Origin: Rhynchobatus australiae
Lineage: Eukaryota
DNA length: 64,000 nucleotides
Assembly (NCBI GenBank): GCA_034780895.1
Contig: JAUZTB010000042.1
Span: 13,093,652-13,157,651 of the forward strand
Direction: 5' to 3'
A model generated the notes under the pieces. That model worked only from the letters and a program-made list of their open reading frames with translations. It had not been told where the DNA came from and searched no databases. Below, piece by piece: positions 50,501 through 63,830 of the stretch (position 1 is the first letter of the stretch; every line of letters begins with the position of its first letter). A program made the position numbers and the translations under genes.

Positions 50501-53500
50501 NNNNNNNNNNNNNNNNNNNNNNNNNNNNNNNNNNNNNNNNNNNNNNNNNNNNNNNNNNNNNNNNNNNNNNNNNNNNNNNNNNNNNNNNNNNAGCAATTGT
50601 AAATGTCCCGAGGTAGAAAACTGTATACATGCAGCCTTTTAACTGACCTTGAAACGCGCCACATAGTACAACTTGGAATGGCGCTGCAAGTAATGTACAA
50701 CACAATGATGCGAGTGCAGTACCCATCAGTAAGTATATTCTTTTGTCAGTGCTTTGTAATTGATGTGTTTCCAGTTCAACTGCATTGTCAGCTTAAAAAA
50801 TGCCCTAGTACACTAATGGGCTATCCATAGATACAGAAACTGGGGCAGAAAAGTTGTCAGATATAAGGTATTATTGATGTTGGCGATGTTTCTGATACGG
50901 ATGTAATTGCGCTCTTTCTCGACAGCCATCCACAATATATAACATTTTGGTGATTCAGACTCTATTTGTTTTCTTTCTGCTGCGGCGTCGTACTGTGAGA
51001 CACCGTCAACGATCCCTTGTGTCAGACTTCATATCAAAGCCCACTTTTCTCGTCAACATTCTTCGAGAAAAGTAACCGATAATGTGCCGAGTGCATGTGA
51101 TAGCTCTTCATATGTTTAATTGTTAACAAGGAGAAGTAGCAGATGAACGTCGTGTTAACTCTACATTAAGAGATCAGACATAATAGCGTTTTAATGCAAG
51201 AGGATCCTGGTCCACCAATTTGATTGTGTTGTATTCACAGCACGCTACCCAGAGAAATGGTGTTTGGCTGGGTGTAAATACGTGTTCAATTTAGTGGTAA
51301 ATGGATTGCTGAAGCGCTACATTGAAGGGAATGGTTTGAGAAGTTTTCGAGTCATTGTTGAAATCGACCTAGACAAAACGCACATTAANNNNNNNTGGGC
51401 GCAAAGATATTCTAATATTATGAGAAGATCACGCTTAATAAAATTCTTCGTTATTATTTCATTATTACCCTCCTTAATTTGCAATCCTCGTTTATTTTCC
51501 ATAATTAAGTCGCTAATTTGAGAACGTGATGTCTTGACATATGCCTTTAATATAAGTGATTGTCAGTATATCCGTTCACACGTCAACCCAGTCCTTTCAG
51601 GCTCGTGTATATCTCACTAAAACTAAGGTCATTTAACTTTATCAAACACAAAGCAATTGTAGAATGAAAATAGGAAATGCTGGAAATGCAGGTCACGTTG
51701 ATATTTCCAGTATTTTCCCTTCAGGCGGAGCAACTGCGGAAGTTGGAGATTGAAGTCCGTGTATTTGATGTTGTAGAATTTATAAGGGGTACTGTGCTTT
51801 ATGTTCACCGCTGACGCAAATGCACCTAAAAATCATCCCACGAGAAACATGGCTATCATTTATTCAGTGTGGTCTTGGTTTAGCTGAGCAGAGGAGGAAT
51901 TGAAGAGAAATCTGCACCACCCGTGGTGCGCAATATGCAAAGAATGCAAGAAACAAGTAGCCCGTAGCTCCTCCAACCACACAGCGCCTTTTAACTACAC
52001 CCCTCGCCCCTTGTGGGTCGTTTTAACTGACCGCGTCGAACAGCGATGAATCCATGAGAAATTATCACGGTTCTAGTTAAAACGGACGCTGAAAACTTTT
52101 CAAATACATTTATGAATTTTTTTTAATGAAATATAATTTCCACCCATTTTTCTCGCTACTGAGTTTGATTCAATCAGAACATTCCGAAGCCCTTGTTTTG
52201 TGAATCGTTCAAGCTTGTTTTACTGAAGACTGAATTTATCGTTTTTTTTATTTAGCAGCACTAATTAAACTCTATCTTCTCTTGCACACCGTGCCTGGGT
52301 TGGACATTTTTGCAATACTTAAGTCAACCAATTTTAGGCGTTTTCTTTTTGTTTCCTCTCCAAATGATGTACCTCACGCGTTAATTGGACATTCAAACAA
52401 AACCACCGTGAAGTTGCTCCGCGGTCCAAAGTGGACATCAGAAAACCTTTGTTGGAGTTTTTCTTTGACAAACCGTGGGACGCGCTTCAGTCAGGATAAA
52501 ACGGAATACTTGTTTAAATGCNNNNNNNNNNNNNNNNNNNNNNNNNNNNNNNGTGTGTAATTATTTGCCCTTTTAAACAATTGTTGAGGCTTGCATTATC
52601 CAATTCTGTCAAAAAAGGACACTTCTGCATTGCAGAAGATAAGGGGCGTAAATTAATGCAAGGGATTGAGTTTTTTTTCCCCATTGAAATTTGCACGAAA
52701 CATATTATCACAACAGTATTATTCAGTTACGCATTTTGTACAACACTTTACACGGGAGCAAAACGTTCTTCTGAGTTGCTTGGAGATTTCGGTCGCTGTG
52801 TGCTGGTTGACCAATTTATGTGGAGTTTTACCCGATCTGTGTCGTCCTTTTATTTTCAAACCCCAGTGTTAAACACAGCCAAATGAAATTTGAACGCGCC
52901 GGGGGGGGGGGGGAAGAAAAAATTTATTTCATAAATTAAATATGCATTGCACCCTCAAAACAAACGAAATTCAATGAAAACAGTGGTGCAACATTTGTGA
53001 AAACGCGACAGAAACAATTACACATAAGCTGTTTTTGCAGCTGAAATGTGGTAACGGGCTTTAATTAAGGATTGTTCGTTTTGTTAATAAGCGTTTCTGG
53101 TCCTGTTAAAGTTGCCAGGTGTTAGCGATAGACTGTCAGCGACGTTGAACGCGTGTGAAAGGTACAGAGGCCNNNNNNNNNNNNNNNNNNNNNNNNNNNN
53201 NNNNNNNNNNNNNNNNNNNNNNNNNNNNNNNNNNNNNNNNNNNNNNNNNNNNNNNNNNNNNNNNNNNNNNNNNNNNNNNNNNNNNNNNNNNNNNNNNNNN
53301 NNNNNNNNNNNNNNNNNNNNNNNNNNNNNNNNNNNNNNNNNNNNNNNNNNNNNNNNNNNNNNNNNNNNNNNNNNNNNNNNNNNNNNNNNNNNNNNNNNNN
53401 NNNNNNNNNNNNNNNNNNNCATCGAGAAAATGGTTCATATCTCGATGTAGAGTCTAAAGGAGGAAATGGCAAGGAAAATACTTATGCATTATTTATTTTA

Positions 53501-54494
53501 AATAATTCAACTCAAGCTTGCAAACTGTAATTTTGGAATCAGCTTCGATTTTTATAAATTCCTCGGTGTTGAAGCCCCCCCCCCCCAGCTTCGGACACAT
53601 TCCCAGTGCAAACAGAATGTCAAAGGCTGAAGTTAACAAACATTGCTTGGGCCAATGAGTGGAGAAAACGCGACGGCCCCAGGGCGATTACAAGCAACAT
53701 TTACTCCATTGCACACTAATCCTCTAATAAACTTTGGAACTTTTAACGTGATTAATTAGGTAGATCACCAGCAAATACTGGATGCGCGGAGATAGCGGGG
53801 GGTGCCTGGTGCTGAAGATGTCCCTATTACCCCTGGCGCAAATAGATGGTGATGATATTCAATGATAAATACTCGTAAATGTAGTTCTGCCACACACTAA
53901 CACAATCCACTGAGAAACATGTGTTCAGTTATAACTAACGGGCTGGAACTCTGACGTAACTGCTTTCTCCCACCCGCTCCAGTTACTGATTCATGATCGT
54001 TATTACAGAATAATCAGCTACGATTTCATGTTAACAAGACTCTTCTCGAAGCTTAACCTTGAAATTACGCTATGAAACACGGATACTCACATTTTAATTG
54101 TGAATATAATCATCGATCTGCAGAGACAACTGGATTCGAAGTACAGAGCAAAGACTGAATTACTGCTCCAATTTAGCATCGCCACATACCACGTTTCCTT
54201 TCATCAAATCAGTCGTAGCTTCACACGCACCGCAGTCTCACTGTGCATTGTGGTTTGTTCAGACGTAGCACACAGTATGTAAAATTGTAACAAGTTGAAT
54301 TGTTTGTTAAAAAGCCTGAAATTGAATGGGGATTTCTTTTCGATTGGCCGCATGATCCAGAGTATTCCTGCTAAACAGATGGAGAGATTAGGAAAGCCAG
54401 CGTGAACCTGACCTGGGGTGGTTTATTTTGCTGTTGTTTAGCTAGCACGCTTGTTTCGTTTTGGGTGAGGACATTGCACAATAAACGCACAATT

Positions 54495-54720
54495 CGGACG
54501 GCGCCGTGGAGCTGGTGCCACACGGCGTCAGAGACCCGGGTTCAATCCTGATCTCCGCTGCTGCCGACGTGGAGTTTGCACGTTCTCCCTGTGATCGCGT
54601 ATTCCAAGAGATGCAGGATGGTAACCGGTGAGTGGGCGATCGAATCTGGGGCTGGGGGTTGAGGAACAAAATGGGCCCGTCGGATTCCGTGGGCCGAAGG
54701 GCCTGTTTGTGCAGTGTGCC
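54495..54720 (+). mobile_element. V-SINE-like copy, CpG-rich
   Basis: B box cccgggttcaatcctg, gtggagtttgcacgttctccctgtg, tail gtgggccgaagggcctgttt. Confidence 0.75.
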
Positions 54721-55059
54721 CTTTATGAATCTCCACTGTGTCTGCTTACACCCAGACAAGAGCTAGACTCCCCTACGTGGATTGGACTCCTAAATTCAGG
54801 TGTTTGCGTCGTAACTCCTTTATGGTACATATAATTTTCTGCAGATTCCTCCAGATGCTTTATATATATATATGTATAACTTTCGAGATGTGGGATGTAC
54901 CTGAAGGGATGGTGAGGAAAAACTCAATCTTCATAGGGGAATTTGATTATATGCTGCAAGTTGTAAAATTCAGATCTATGGGAAAAGAGAGAGNNNNNNA
55001 GAGAGGGACTATAGCTGGTTCTTTCCAAGGCCCAGTATGCTCATGGAATCAGAAAATGC

Positions 55060-55690
55060 ACTGCACAAAAGGAGGCCATTCTGCTTTCAAAAGAAAGAGC
55101 TCAGTATCCTATCCCTAGAGCAATGTCCACAACCTTGCAGGTCACGGCTCCTCAAGTACACAGAAAAGAACTGGGATGTAATGAGAGTTTTTGCCTTTGG
55201 TGCTCTTTCAGGCAGTAAAATCACACCATGCTCAGTGTGATTTTTTCCCCCCCCTCTGGTCTCATCCTTCTACCAATTACTTTTCGTGCCCTTTGCTCAG
55301 AGAAATAAGTCCTTCCTACTTACCTTATCTTGGCCCTCATAATTTAATAAACCTTATTTGTTTCCCTTCAGTTTTTGTTCCAAAGGAAACAACTTCAGCC
55401 TGCCCAACCTTTCCTCAACTAAAAAATTCCAGTCCTTTGAATATAAATCTCCTCTACAGTCTCTCCAATGAAACCACACTGTTCCTGTGACGTGGTGACC
55501 AGAACCATGCAGAGAATTCAAGTTGTGGTCCAACCAGAGGTGTTCCAGTGTTACCTCTTCTCTGAAATTCTCAGCCCCACTAATAAAAGAACACAACCTA
55601 TATGCACTTTTAAACACCAGATTGACTTGCCCTGCTACATCCTTTACCAATCTGTGAGTGGACATTCCATCACACTGTTCAGTATCTTCC
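55060..55690 (-). mobile_element. CR1 ORF2 C-terminal fragment and 3' end
   Basis: ORF 55354-55665: QVNLVFKSAYRLCSFISG...EERLGRLKLFPLEQKLKG. Confidence 0.72.
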
Positions 55691-56269
55691 CATTTTTGTT
55701 TTCATATTTATGGATAGGATACAGCATGAAAGGAGGCTATTCAGGCCATCAAATGCATGCCCACTTTAGGCAAGAGCAATCCAGCTCATCCCACATCCCC
55801 CAGCCTTCTTTCTGTAGTGCTGCAATTTTATTTTGTAAATGTTGCATATAATGTAGTTATCAGCTTTTTACAAGCAGGATTATTATTGCTCTTTCTAATT
55901 CACTGTAACTTGCATTGCAATGAATTACAAGAAAGACTGGCTCCGTAGCAAACAGCAAAGATGGAACAGTTTCAAATTAACAGCCTTTTTTCAACATGAG
56001 AAATATGCATCCAAATGGCTGTTCTACAAATACATTCAAAGAAAGAAACTGTAGGTGGTTTGTTGACCTGCAAGTTAAGAGAATCACAAAGCTGAATTAG
56101 GTGAAAAGATGAATTAGTAGCAGGCAAAAATTCATTTGTTTCCCAATGCTGTTTGCAAAAGACATGAGAATATTATATAACATCAGCATCAAATGACCAG
56201 ATAAATGTTATAAAGTCCACATAAGGGCTGATGACTGAAAAAACAAGTAGTGTCCAGAGCTGCTCTGTG

Positions 56270-56860
56270 GTGAAGGAGTATAAATAGTCTTGCCTTGTTG
56301 TACACCCCCAGCTTCATCACTTCACATTTCTTTGGCTTGAATCCCATTTTGCTCAGCTGACCAGATCATCTGTAATTTCTTGCAGTCTAAAGCTTTCCTC
56401 CTCATTGGAAAACAGGAGCCAATCTGGTATCATCTGCAAAGTTCTTTATCTTCCTTCCTGCATTTATTGTCTCAGGCAAAAAGCAAGGGACTGAGGACTG
56501 TGCCCTGTGGAACACAACTACTATCAGCGTGCCAGGCAGAAAGATATCTTTCAATCATTATTCTTCGTTTTCTACACTGAACCAATTTTGAATCCAATTT
56601 GCCACTTTCTCTTGGATTGCACAATCTTTCACATTGTGACCAATTTGCTATGCAAACTTTGCTAAAATCTATGCACAACAGTGTACTGATCAACCCTCCT
56701 CATTACCACATTTAAATGCTCAATCAAGTTGGTCAGACATGACCTTCCCTTAGCAGATCCATGTTGATAGGCATTAATTATTTTGTAGCTTTATAATTAA
56801 AGGTTTATACTGTTTCTTAGAATTGATTCCAATAATTTGCCCAGCAACAAATTTAAACTT
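56270..56860 (-). mobile_element. CR1 reverse-transcriptase fragment
   Basis: ORF 56472-56693: IDFSKV...SCVPQGTVLSPLLF (RT motifs). Confidence 0.78.
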
Positions 56861-59800
56861 CAGTTGAGCTAAATGTCAGCCCATGGTTTCAGATGCAATT
56901 TAGTCCACTGTGTTTGTTGGCTAATGTTACACTCCAATACTAGTCTGAGACTGTTACCAGAATTTTTTGATTTCTCCAGATCAAATGCATTCTGCACATA
57001 TTGACGCACTCAGCAATGAGCAATTAAAAAATATAATAATTATTGTTACAGACAAATCAATTCCAGTCCCATCATGCTATGCAATTCCAGCATTACTGAA
57101 TTAAAGACTTTGTCAAGTCGCTGAATATTTCATTTATAATTTAACCTCATCTGGGTTAGAAATGTTATTGAATTAGCCTAACAATCTGATTAAATTCACT
57201 TTAACATCCCATCTAATTTTATTGCTACTGAATAAGACACTGGCATAGTTCATCTGCTTGTGAACAGTGATGAACCATCTATTATTGTCATGGGTTGAAG
57301 CAATTTCTCTCCACTTAGATACTGAAAGCTCAATAACTAGTTTTCCCCTCAAGACCCCATCCTATTTCTTAAATTCAGCTCATCTAGCCTCAGGGCTTAA
57401 AGTCCATACCATGTGAACTCAGTTCATTGACAGGTCACACTCAGAGAAAGGAAATCAATCAATCAGCCCAATCACAGGTAAGATGTGAAAATACTTTTTT
57501 GAGATGCCTATAATGGTCTATAGTCCTGGGATAACCAGGTTAATTCCACGTTCAAACTCTGCCCACTGTGATTTCACAAATTAACATTGAAAAGTTCCTC
57601 TAACATAGTCGTGATATAATTTGATCATCTCTGAGCACTCACACTCATCGAACTACAGCTGAAGAACAGGAGGCTATCATGGGTACATCCTCAAAAGATA
57701 TTCATTGCTGAGGTTTGATGTTGTTCAAATGCTGGCTAAGATTTTCTTATTGGTTGCATCACACCATTTACTTCAGTTGCTTGGAGTTCAAGGTTGACCC
57801 TAACTGTGGTGGAAAATGTAAATAAATTTANNNNNNNNNNNNNNNNNNNNNNNNNNNNNNNNNNNNNNNNNNNNNNNNNNNNNNNNNNNNNNNNNNNNNN
57901 NNNNNNNNNNNNNNNNNNNNNNNNNNNNNNAACTGTGGTGGAAAATGGAAATAAATTTAATAAGTAACATACTCACCAAATGCATAACATAAATCATATT
58001 AAAACATTAATAGTTCCTTCCTAACTTTCATACATTGACCCAAGATAACAGAGAATGCCAAACATAACCAATAGTTCATGTTATTGCAGATACTGATGTT
58101 TCTTTTTAATCCAGCTTCTAAATGCATAATTGGAACAGATTATCATTTCAACTATTTTTAAATTATAAAATGGGACCACATTTTTGAGTCTATAAGTTAA
58201 CCAGCCACATTTATTCAGTGCCTTATGACTATAAATCAAGCACACAACTAACTGTACTATTCCATTTTTAATGGAGCTATTACTCCTGGGATTTCAGGAA
58301 AATTAAAATTTAATAGCTTTCCATAGCAATATGAATGCACCACTATCTTCTGTGGGCAAGGACTGAATTTGCAACTAAATAAAATACATGAGATACACCA
58401 GTTAAAATTGGAGATCTTAAGCTGGTGGTCACTAAAACAACCATCTTTTTAAAATAAAAACATGAGTAAAACTAACCAGCTGCACTGATTTCTTTAGTTT
58501 TAATAACATTGTTCTTAAGATGCCAACACCAATATGAAAGGACAGATCTGTATTTCATTACCATTTCATGAGTGTTCATCGTATCAAATCTGGGTGAGGC
58601 ACAGGATTCAAATGGCCACATTTGGNNNNNNNNNNNNNNNNNNNNNNNNNNNNNNNNNNNNNNNNNNNNNNNNNNNNNNNNNNNNNNNNNNNNNNNNNNN
58701 NNNNNNNNNNNNNNNNNNNNNNNNNNNNNNNNNNNNNNNNNNNNNNNNNNNNNNNNNNNNNNNNNNNNNNNNNNNNNNNNNNNNNNNNNNNNNNNNNNNN
58801 NNNNNNNNNNNNNNNNNNNNNNNNNNNNNNNNNNNNNNNNNNNNNNNNNNNNNNNNNNNNNNNNNNNNNNNNNNNNNNNNNNNNNNNNNNNNNNNNNNNN
58901 NNNNNNNNNNNNNNNNNNNNNNNNNNNNNNNNNNNNNNNNNNNNNNNNNNNNNNNNNNNNNNNNNNNNNNNNNNNNNNNNNNNNNNNNNNNNNNNNNNNN
59001 NNNNNNNNNNNNNNNNNNNNNNNNNNNNNNNNNNNNNNNNNNNNNNNNNNNNNNNNNNNNNNNNNNNNNNNNNNNNNNNNNNNNNNNNNNNNNNNNNTTA
59101 ATGCTTAAAGAAGATTATGTGACCAGGTTGGTTTAGTTCCACAGATATTATGGTTCAAGCAATTCAATAGCTTTAACACACCAGCCTTTCCTTTAATTCA
59201 GAGTAGAGGATATCAATTTAAAGCATGTTGCATTTTGGATGAAATTCCAGTCATCATTTCTCAATGTCAACACAGTGGTCCCTTCTTAACGCTAATCCTC
59301 ACTCTCTGAACAGTTCTGCATAAGTAGAGTGTTGTTTAATGACACACCTGTAAGGAGCTATGGGGCACTCTTCCTGCAATAAAGGTGATAATTGGGAAAG
59401 TTAATGCTTGAAATTGTTGTCCATCACTGATTCATCTTATAAGTCAGGAGAAATGCCTTTATATCAAAAGCCCTTTGACTGTGAATGGAGTAGGTTTTTT
59501 TTGATGGGAAGCTTAATGCAGATGAGGGAGGGGAAAAAAATGAATATGGTATTTGGGGAAGGTTGGAGGAACTTCATGTGGAGTTTGAACACCAAGACCA
59601 CATATTCTGAAAAGTCAGTCTCTATGCAAGATCATCAAGAATGGAAGGTTGGAAAAGTGACGGAGAGTGCTTTTGTGAATGGATAGAATCAAAGATAAGG
59701 TTGGGAGGGCAACTGCAGAGCACTCTCCAACCTGTTTTCAGCTCCGAGGTTTGGTGATGGGTTGATGACACCATGAAACAGGGCAGTCTTGGGCAAATCT

Positions 59801-59869
59801 ACATGCTGTGGGACCAGTGGTGCACAGGGACGGACATCAAACCCAAGCGATACAGCAATCTTAGAGAAT

Positions 59870-60200
59870 TCAATTGTCAGGGAAACAGTCACAGATGGTG
59901 CAAATGTCACCTGTTCCATATTTTCAGTGATGTTTTCTTGTTGCCAGGGAAAAGGCATTACTGAGAAGTGTGCAGAACTCTTTACTGAGAGGTTGGGCTG
60001 AGGAATGTGGGAAGGGGAATACTAAGAATTATGACCAAAGTGAACCAATATTATAGGAATGAAAAGAGTTCTCTCACAGTTAGGGATTCAATATGTCTGG
60101 AGACAGTTAAATAGAACTACAAAATGATGTCTGGATTACTCCCAAGGTCACATGTTAGGAACAGTAGGATAAACCAGTTTAATGCCTGGCTCGAGTGTAG
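59870..60200 (+). mobile_element. Decayed CR1 ORF1 (esterase-like) fragment
   Basis: tgttgccagggaaaagg (cf. CLPGA), tctggattactccca (SGLLP) and tttaatgcctggctc (NAWL) appear in the order expected for the CR1 ORF1 SGNH domain. Confidence 0.45.
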
Positions 60201-61664
60201 GTCAGTTTAAATGCATTGTGAAGCTATCCCAGCTGAATCACGTACATCTTGCCCAAACTGAGAATTTAGTGAGGATAAATATGAAGCAACTCTCATTCAC
60301 ACTGCACTCAAAGGTGGAGAGTGCAAAATGATTCAATAAAGCTTCAAAAATAAGAACTCCAAGTAATAAAATGTCAGAAATAAAAATTCCGATTGATGTT
60401 GCATTCTCTTCAGCAGACATGGGAAGCAATGCTCTAGCTCATCACCGTGGATGGGATTTGGTTCAGATGCTAACCCATTTATATATTTTAGCAGTGGTTG
60501 AGATAGTGAAATGGATATGTCACTGGGAGACTAAAAGTCTCATATCTCATATATTCATATCTCATCATAGAAGTCTGACATTTTTAAATCTGTTTCAAAA
60601 ATTATTTAATTAAAAAATTGATACAAGTAAAAAAAGTGGCCATGTCAGTTTTTTAAAAATCTAAATAGCTTGCTAACATCTTCTAAGGAAGGAAATTTGC
60701 AAATCCAGCATATTGATTACAGCAGCCCCACAGTCATTGATTCTTACTGTCTCTCTGTGGTCACTTAGAAAGGCGGTTTTATTGGCCTACCAACACTTTT
60801 CTGGAGTAATTAAGAATGGACAATGAATGCCAGCTGTCATTGATGCCACAAGAATAAATATTTTTTGTTAATTCTATGGAATATCCAACAATTGATAAAA
60901 TCACTGTGCACTGTCCTTTTTAGTTGTGTTGTTATGCACATCCCACTGAAGCAATGTCTATAGCTCTTTTCTATGGATTTCTTTTTTTGTTTATGATGAA
61001 ATTCATATTGCCTCAGTAAAGACATGTTCCTGGCACGCTACCTCGAAGAGTTAGGTTGATTCAAGGCTGGTGCTGACATAATTGTAGTGTAAAATGATTC
61101 AGTATACTTATAATGGTTAAAGACTACAATTGAATGGAGTATGCAGGTATTCAACAGGCTAAACAAGTACATCCTGTTCACATCCAAATGCAGAGGACAT
61201 TTCTGCCCTTGTACACAAACATTTGACTTGTCTGCACGCAAATTTAAAAGACGCAAGTGGTATTAGTCATTAAAATGAGTCAATATTTTTCAGGAGCATT
61301 TAAAATGCCCCAAAGGATATTCTTGTTTTTAAGTAACACTCCTCTGTCTGTGTCATTTTGAATAAGAAACACCTCTATACACACATAGCTGCCATCTAAT
61401 GTCCAATGCGTAATCACGCAACCACATTGCATNNNNNNNNNNNNNNNNNNNNNNNNNNNNNNNNNNNNNNNNNNNNNNNNNNNNNNNNNNNNNNNNNNNN
61501 NNNNNNNNNNNNNNNNNNNNNNNNNNNNNNNNNNNNNNNNNNNNNNNNNNNNNNNNNNNNNNNNNNNNNNNNNNNNNNNNNNNNNNNNNNNNNNNNNNNN
61601 NNNNCGGGTCCTGGGAGCCTGCTGACGTGGAATAAAACTGCAGATGTTGGAAAACTTGAGAAAG

Positions 61665-61870
61665 AAGACATTCACCCTGAGGGTGGTTGTAATCTTGAAC
61701 ACACCGCCTGGAGGTATGGTGGCACACTCACAACATTTAAGAAATTTCTAGACGAGCACTTTAAGTTGCTGAGGCATCGAAGGCCACAGAACAAGAGCTG
61801 GTAAATGATACAATGATCAGCAATTAACATGGTAGGTCAAAGGACCTGCTTCTGTGCTCTGACTCTACAA
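61665..61870 (+). mobile_element. CR1 3' end
   Basis: gagggtggttgtaatcttgaacacaccgcctggagg...acaacatttaagaaatttctagacgagcac...ggtcaaaggacctgcttctgtgctctgactcta. Confidence 0.7.
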
Positions 61871-63554
61871 ATTCATGACTCTTTTGCTCCAAAAGTGGTA
61901 CTTCAGTAAGTTTGTGAAAAAAATTTGAAGATTGAATTGAATTTACCTTCAGCAAATTTTACATAAAATAGCTTCCTTTGATGATGCAGCCACCATACTA
62001 ACTAATTTTAAGAGTTTGATTTAGGAAAGAAAGATTCATCATTCCATTGTTCCCACCTCCAATTCAAGGAAAAGCTGATCATACTAATTGCCTGCTGCAA
62101 TAATTATGTAAAGTTCCCTGCTTAGTTTATTTTTTAAATGGGAAANNNNNNNNNNNNNNNNNNNNNNNNNNNNNNNNNNNNNNNNNNNNNNNNNNNNNNN
62201 NNNNNNNNNNNNNNNNNNNNNNNNNNNNNNNNNNNNNNNNNNNNNNNNNNNNNNNNNNNNNNNNNNNNNNNNNNNNNNNNNNNNNNNNNNNNNNNNNNNN
62301 NNNNNNNNNNNNNNNNNNNNNNNNNNNNNNNNNNNNNNNNNNNNNNNNNNNNNNNNNNNNNNNNNNNNNNNNNNNNNNNNNNNNNNNNNNNNNNNNNNNN
62401 NNNNNNNNNNNNNNNNNNNNNNNNNNNNNNNNNNNNNNNNNNNNNNNNNNNNNNNNNNNNNNNNNNNNNNNNNNNNNNNNNNNNNNNNNNNNNNNNNNNN
62501 NNNNNNNNNNNNNNNNNNNNNNNNNNNNNNNNNNNNNNNNNNNNNNNNNNNNNNNNNNNNNNNNNNNNNNNNNNNNNNNNNNNNNNNNNNNNNNNNNNNN
62601 NNNNNNNNNNNNNNNNNNNNNNNNNNNNNNNNNNNNNNNNNNNNNNNNNNNNNNNNNNNNNNNNNNNNNNNNNNNNNNNNNNNNNNNNNNNNNNNNNNNN
62701 NNNNNNNNNNNNNNNNNNNNNNNNNNNNNNNNNNNNNNNNNNNNNNNNNNNNNNNNNNNNNNNNNNNNNNNNNNNNNNNNNNNNNNNNNNNNNNNNNNNN
62801 NNNNNNNNNNNNNNNNNNNNNNNNNNNNNNNNNNNNNNNNNNNNNNNNNNNNNNNNNNNNNNNNNNNNNNNNNNNNNNNNNNNNNNNNNNNNNNNNNNNN
62901 NNNNNNTTTCCCCCCCCCCCCCCCCCCAATCCGTTTACTGGTGGAAGTTTGTCAGACTGGCCCCTCTCCACCCCCACTGTCTCAGTAGCCCACATTAATC
63001 TCGAAGTGTGGGAATGGTGTACTTACCTACTCTACCAATGCACAGCAACTGGAGTCAACACTGCACGTCTCTAACCCTAAATGCCTTGTGATACGCTGGG
63101 CAACAAGAGCTCATGAGGAGAATAAGAGAAAGTGTGTGGGTGGCAGGGAAACAGTAAAGGAGATGTTCAAGGTCTACTTGCACAACATGCATCCATGGAG
63201 GAGAGTGAGACACACAAGAAGAGAGAATGAGATGGGGAAATGGTGGAAGAAGAGCAGCAGAGAGGAAGAAAAGGAGAAGGAGGGATGATATGGAGGGTTA
63301 TCGTGTAAGCAGAGGGCAAGATGGGAGGGGAAGGGGGGGAGGGAGGAGGGAGACCGAGAAGAGTGAGTGAAGGGCTATCTAACTGCTCTGCTGGGGAGCG
63401 AGAGACTCTGATAGACAAGAGGAGAGACTTTGAGATCTCAACCTCCAGCCCATTGGCTAAGATGTGTACTGGAAAACAATGTAATGCCTGGGTTGGAGGA
63501 GTCTCCACGCATGCAAGTTGTGGAGTCAACAAAATTCAAATGTCCCCAGTCTCT

Positions 63555-63830
63555 CACCATTCTCAACACTGAGTCAGAAAGCAGTGGGTTAGATCAGACT
63601 CCCTTGAACTCACAAACTGAAACTCCAGCACAGAACTGGGGGAGTGCTGTACTGTTGGAGCTACACCTTCAGGTGATGGTCTGGACTTCTCCCTCAGAGA
63701 GATAGAAAGGAATTTAATACACCAGTCAAAGAATAACCAGAAGTTTGGTGTCTGGCTAATACTTACCAAAGTGACTGTTAGAAATTACCCAGCCACATCA
63801 GATTGAAATCTGTGGGATATTATTCTGCAG
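63555..63830 (+). mobile_element. Old Deu-domain SINE (SacSINE1-like)
   Basis: ctgagtcagaaagcagtgggtt...actccagcacagaactgggggagtgctgtactgttggag matches the recalled SacSINE1 5' region. Confidence 0.6.

Noticed and set aside
53796-53816. REST/RE1-like site (TTCAGCACC on the minus strand; also tcagcacc at 11601)
   Set aside because: Only the left half-site matches; the GGACAG half is missing or mis-spaced.
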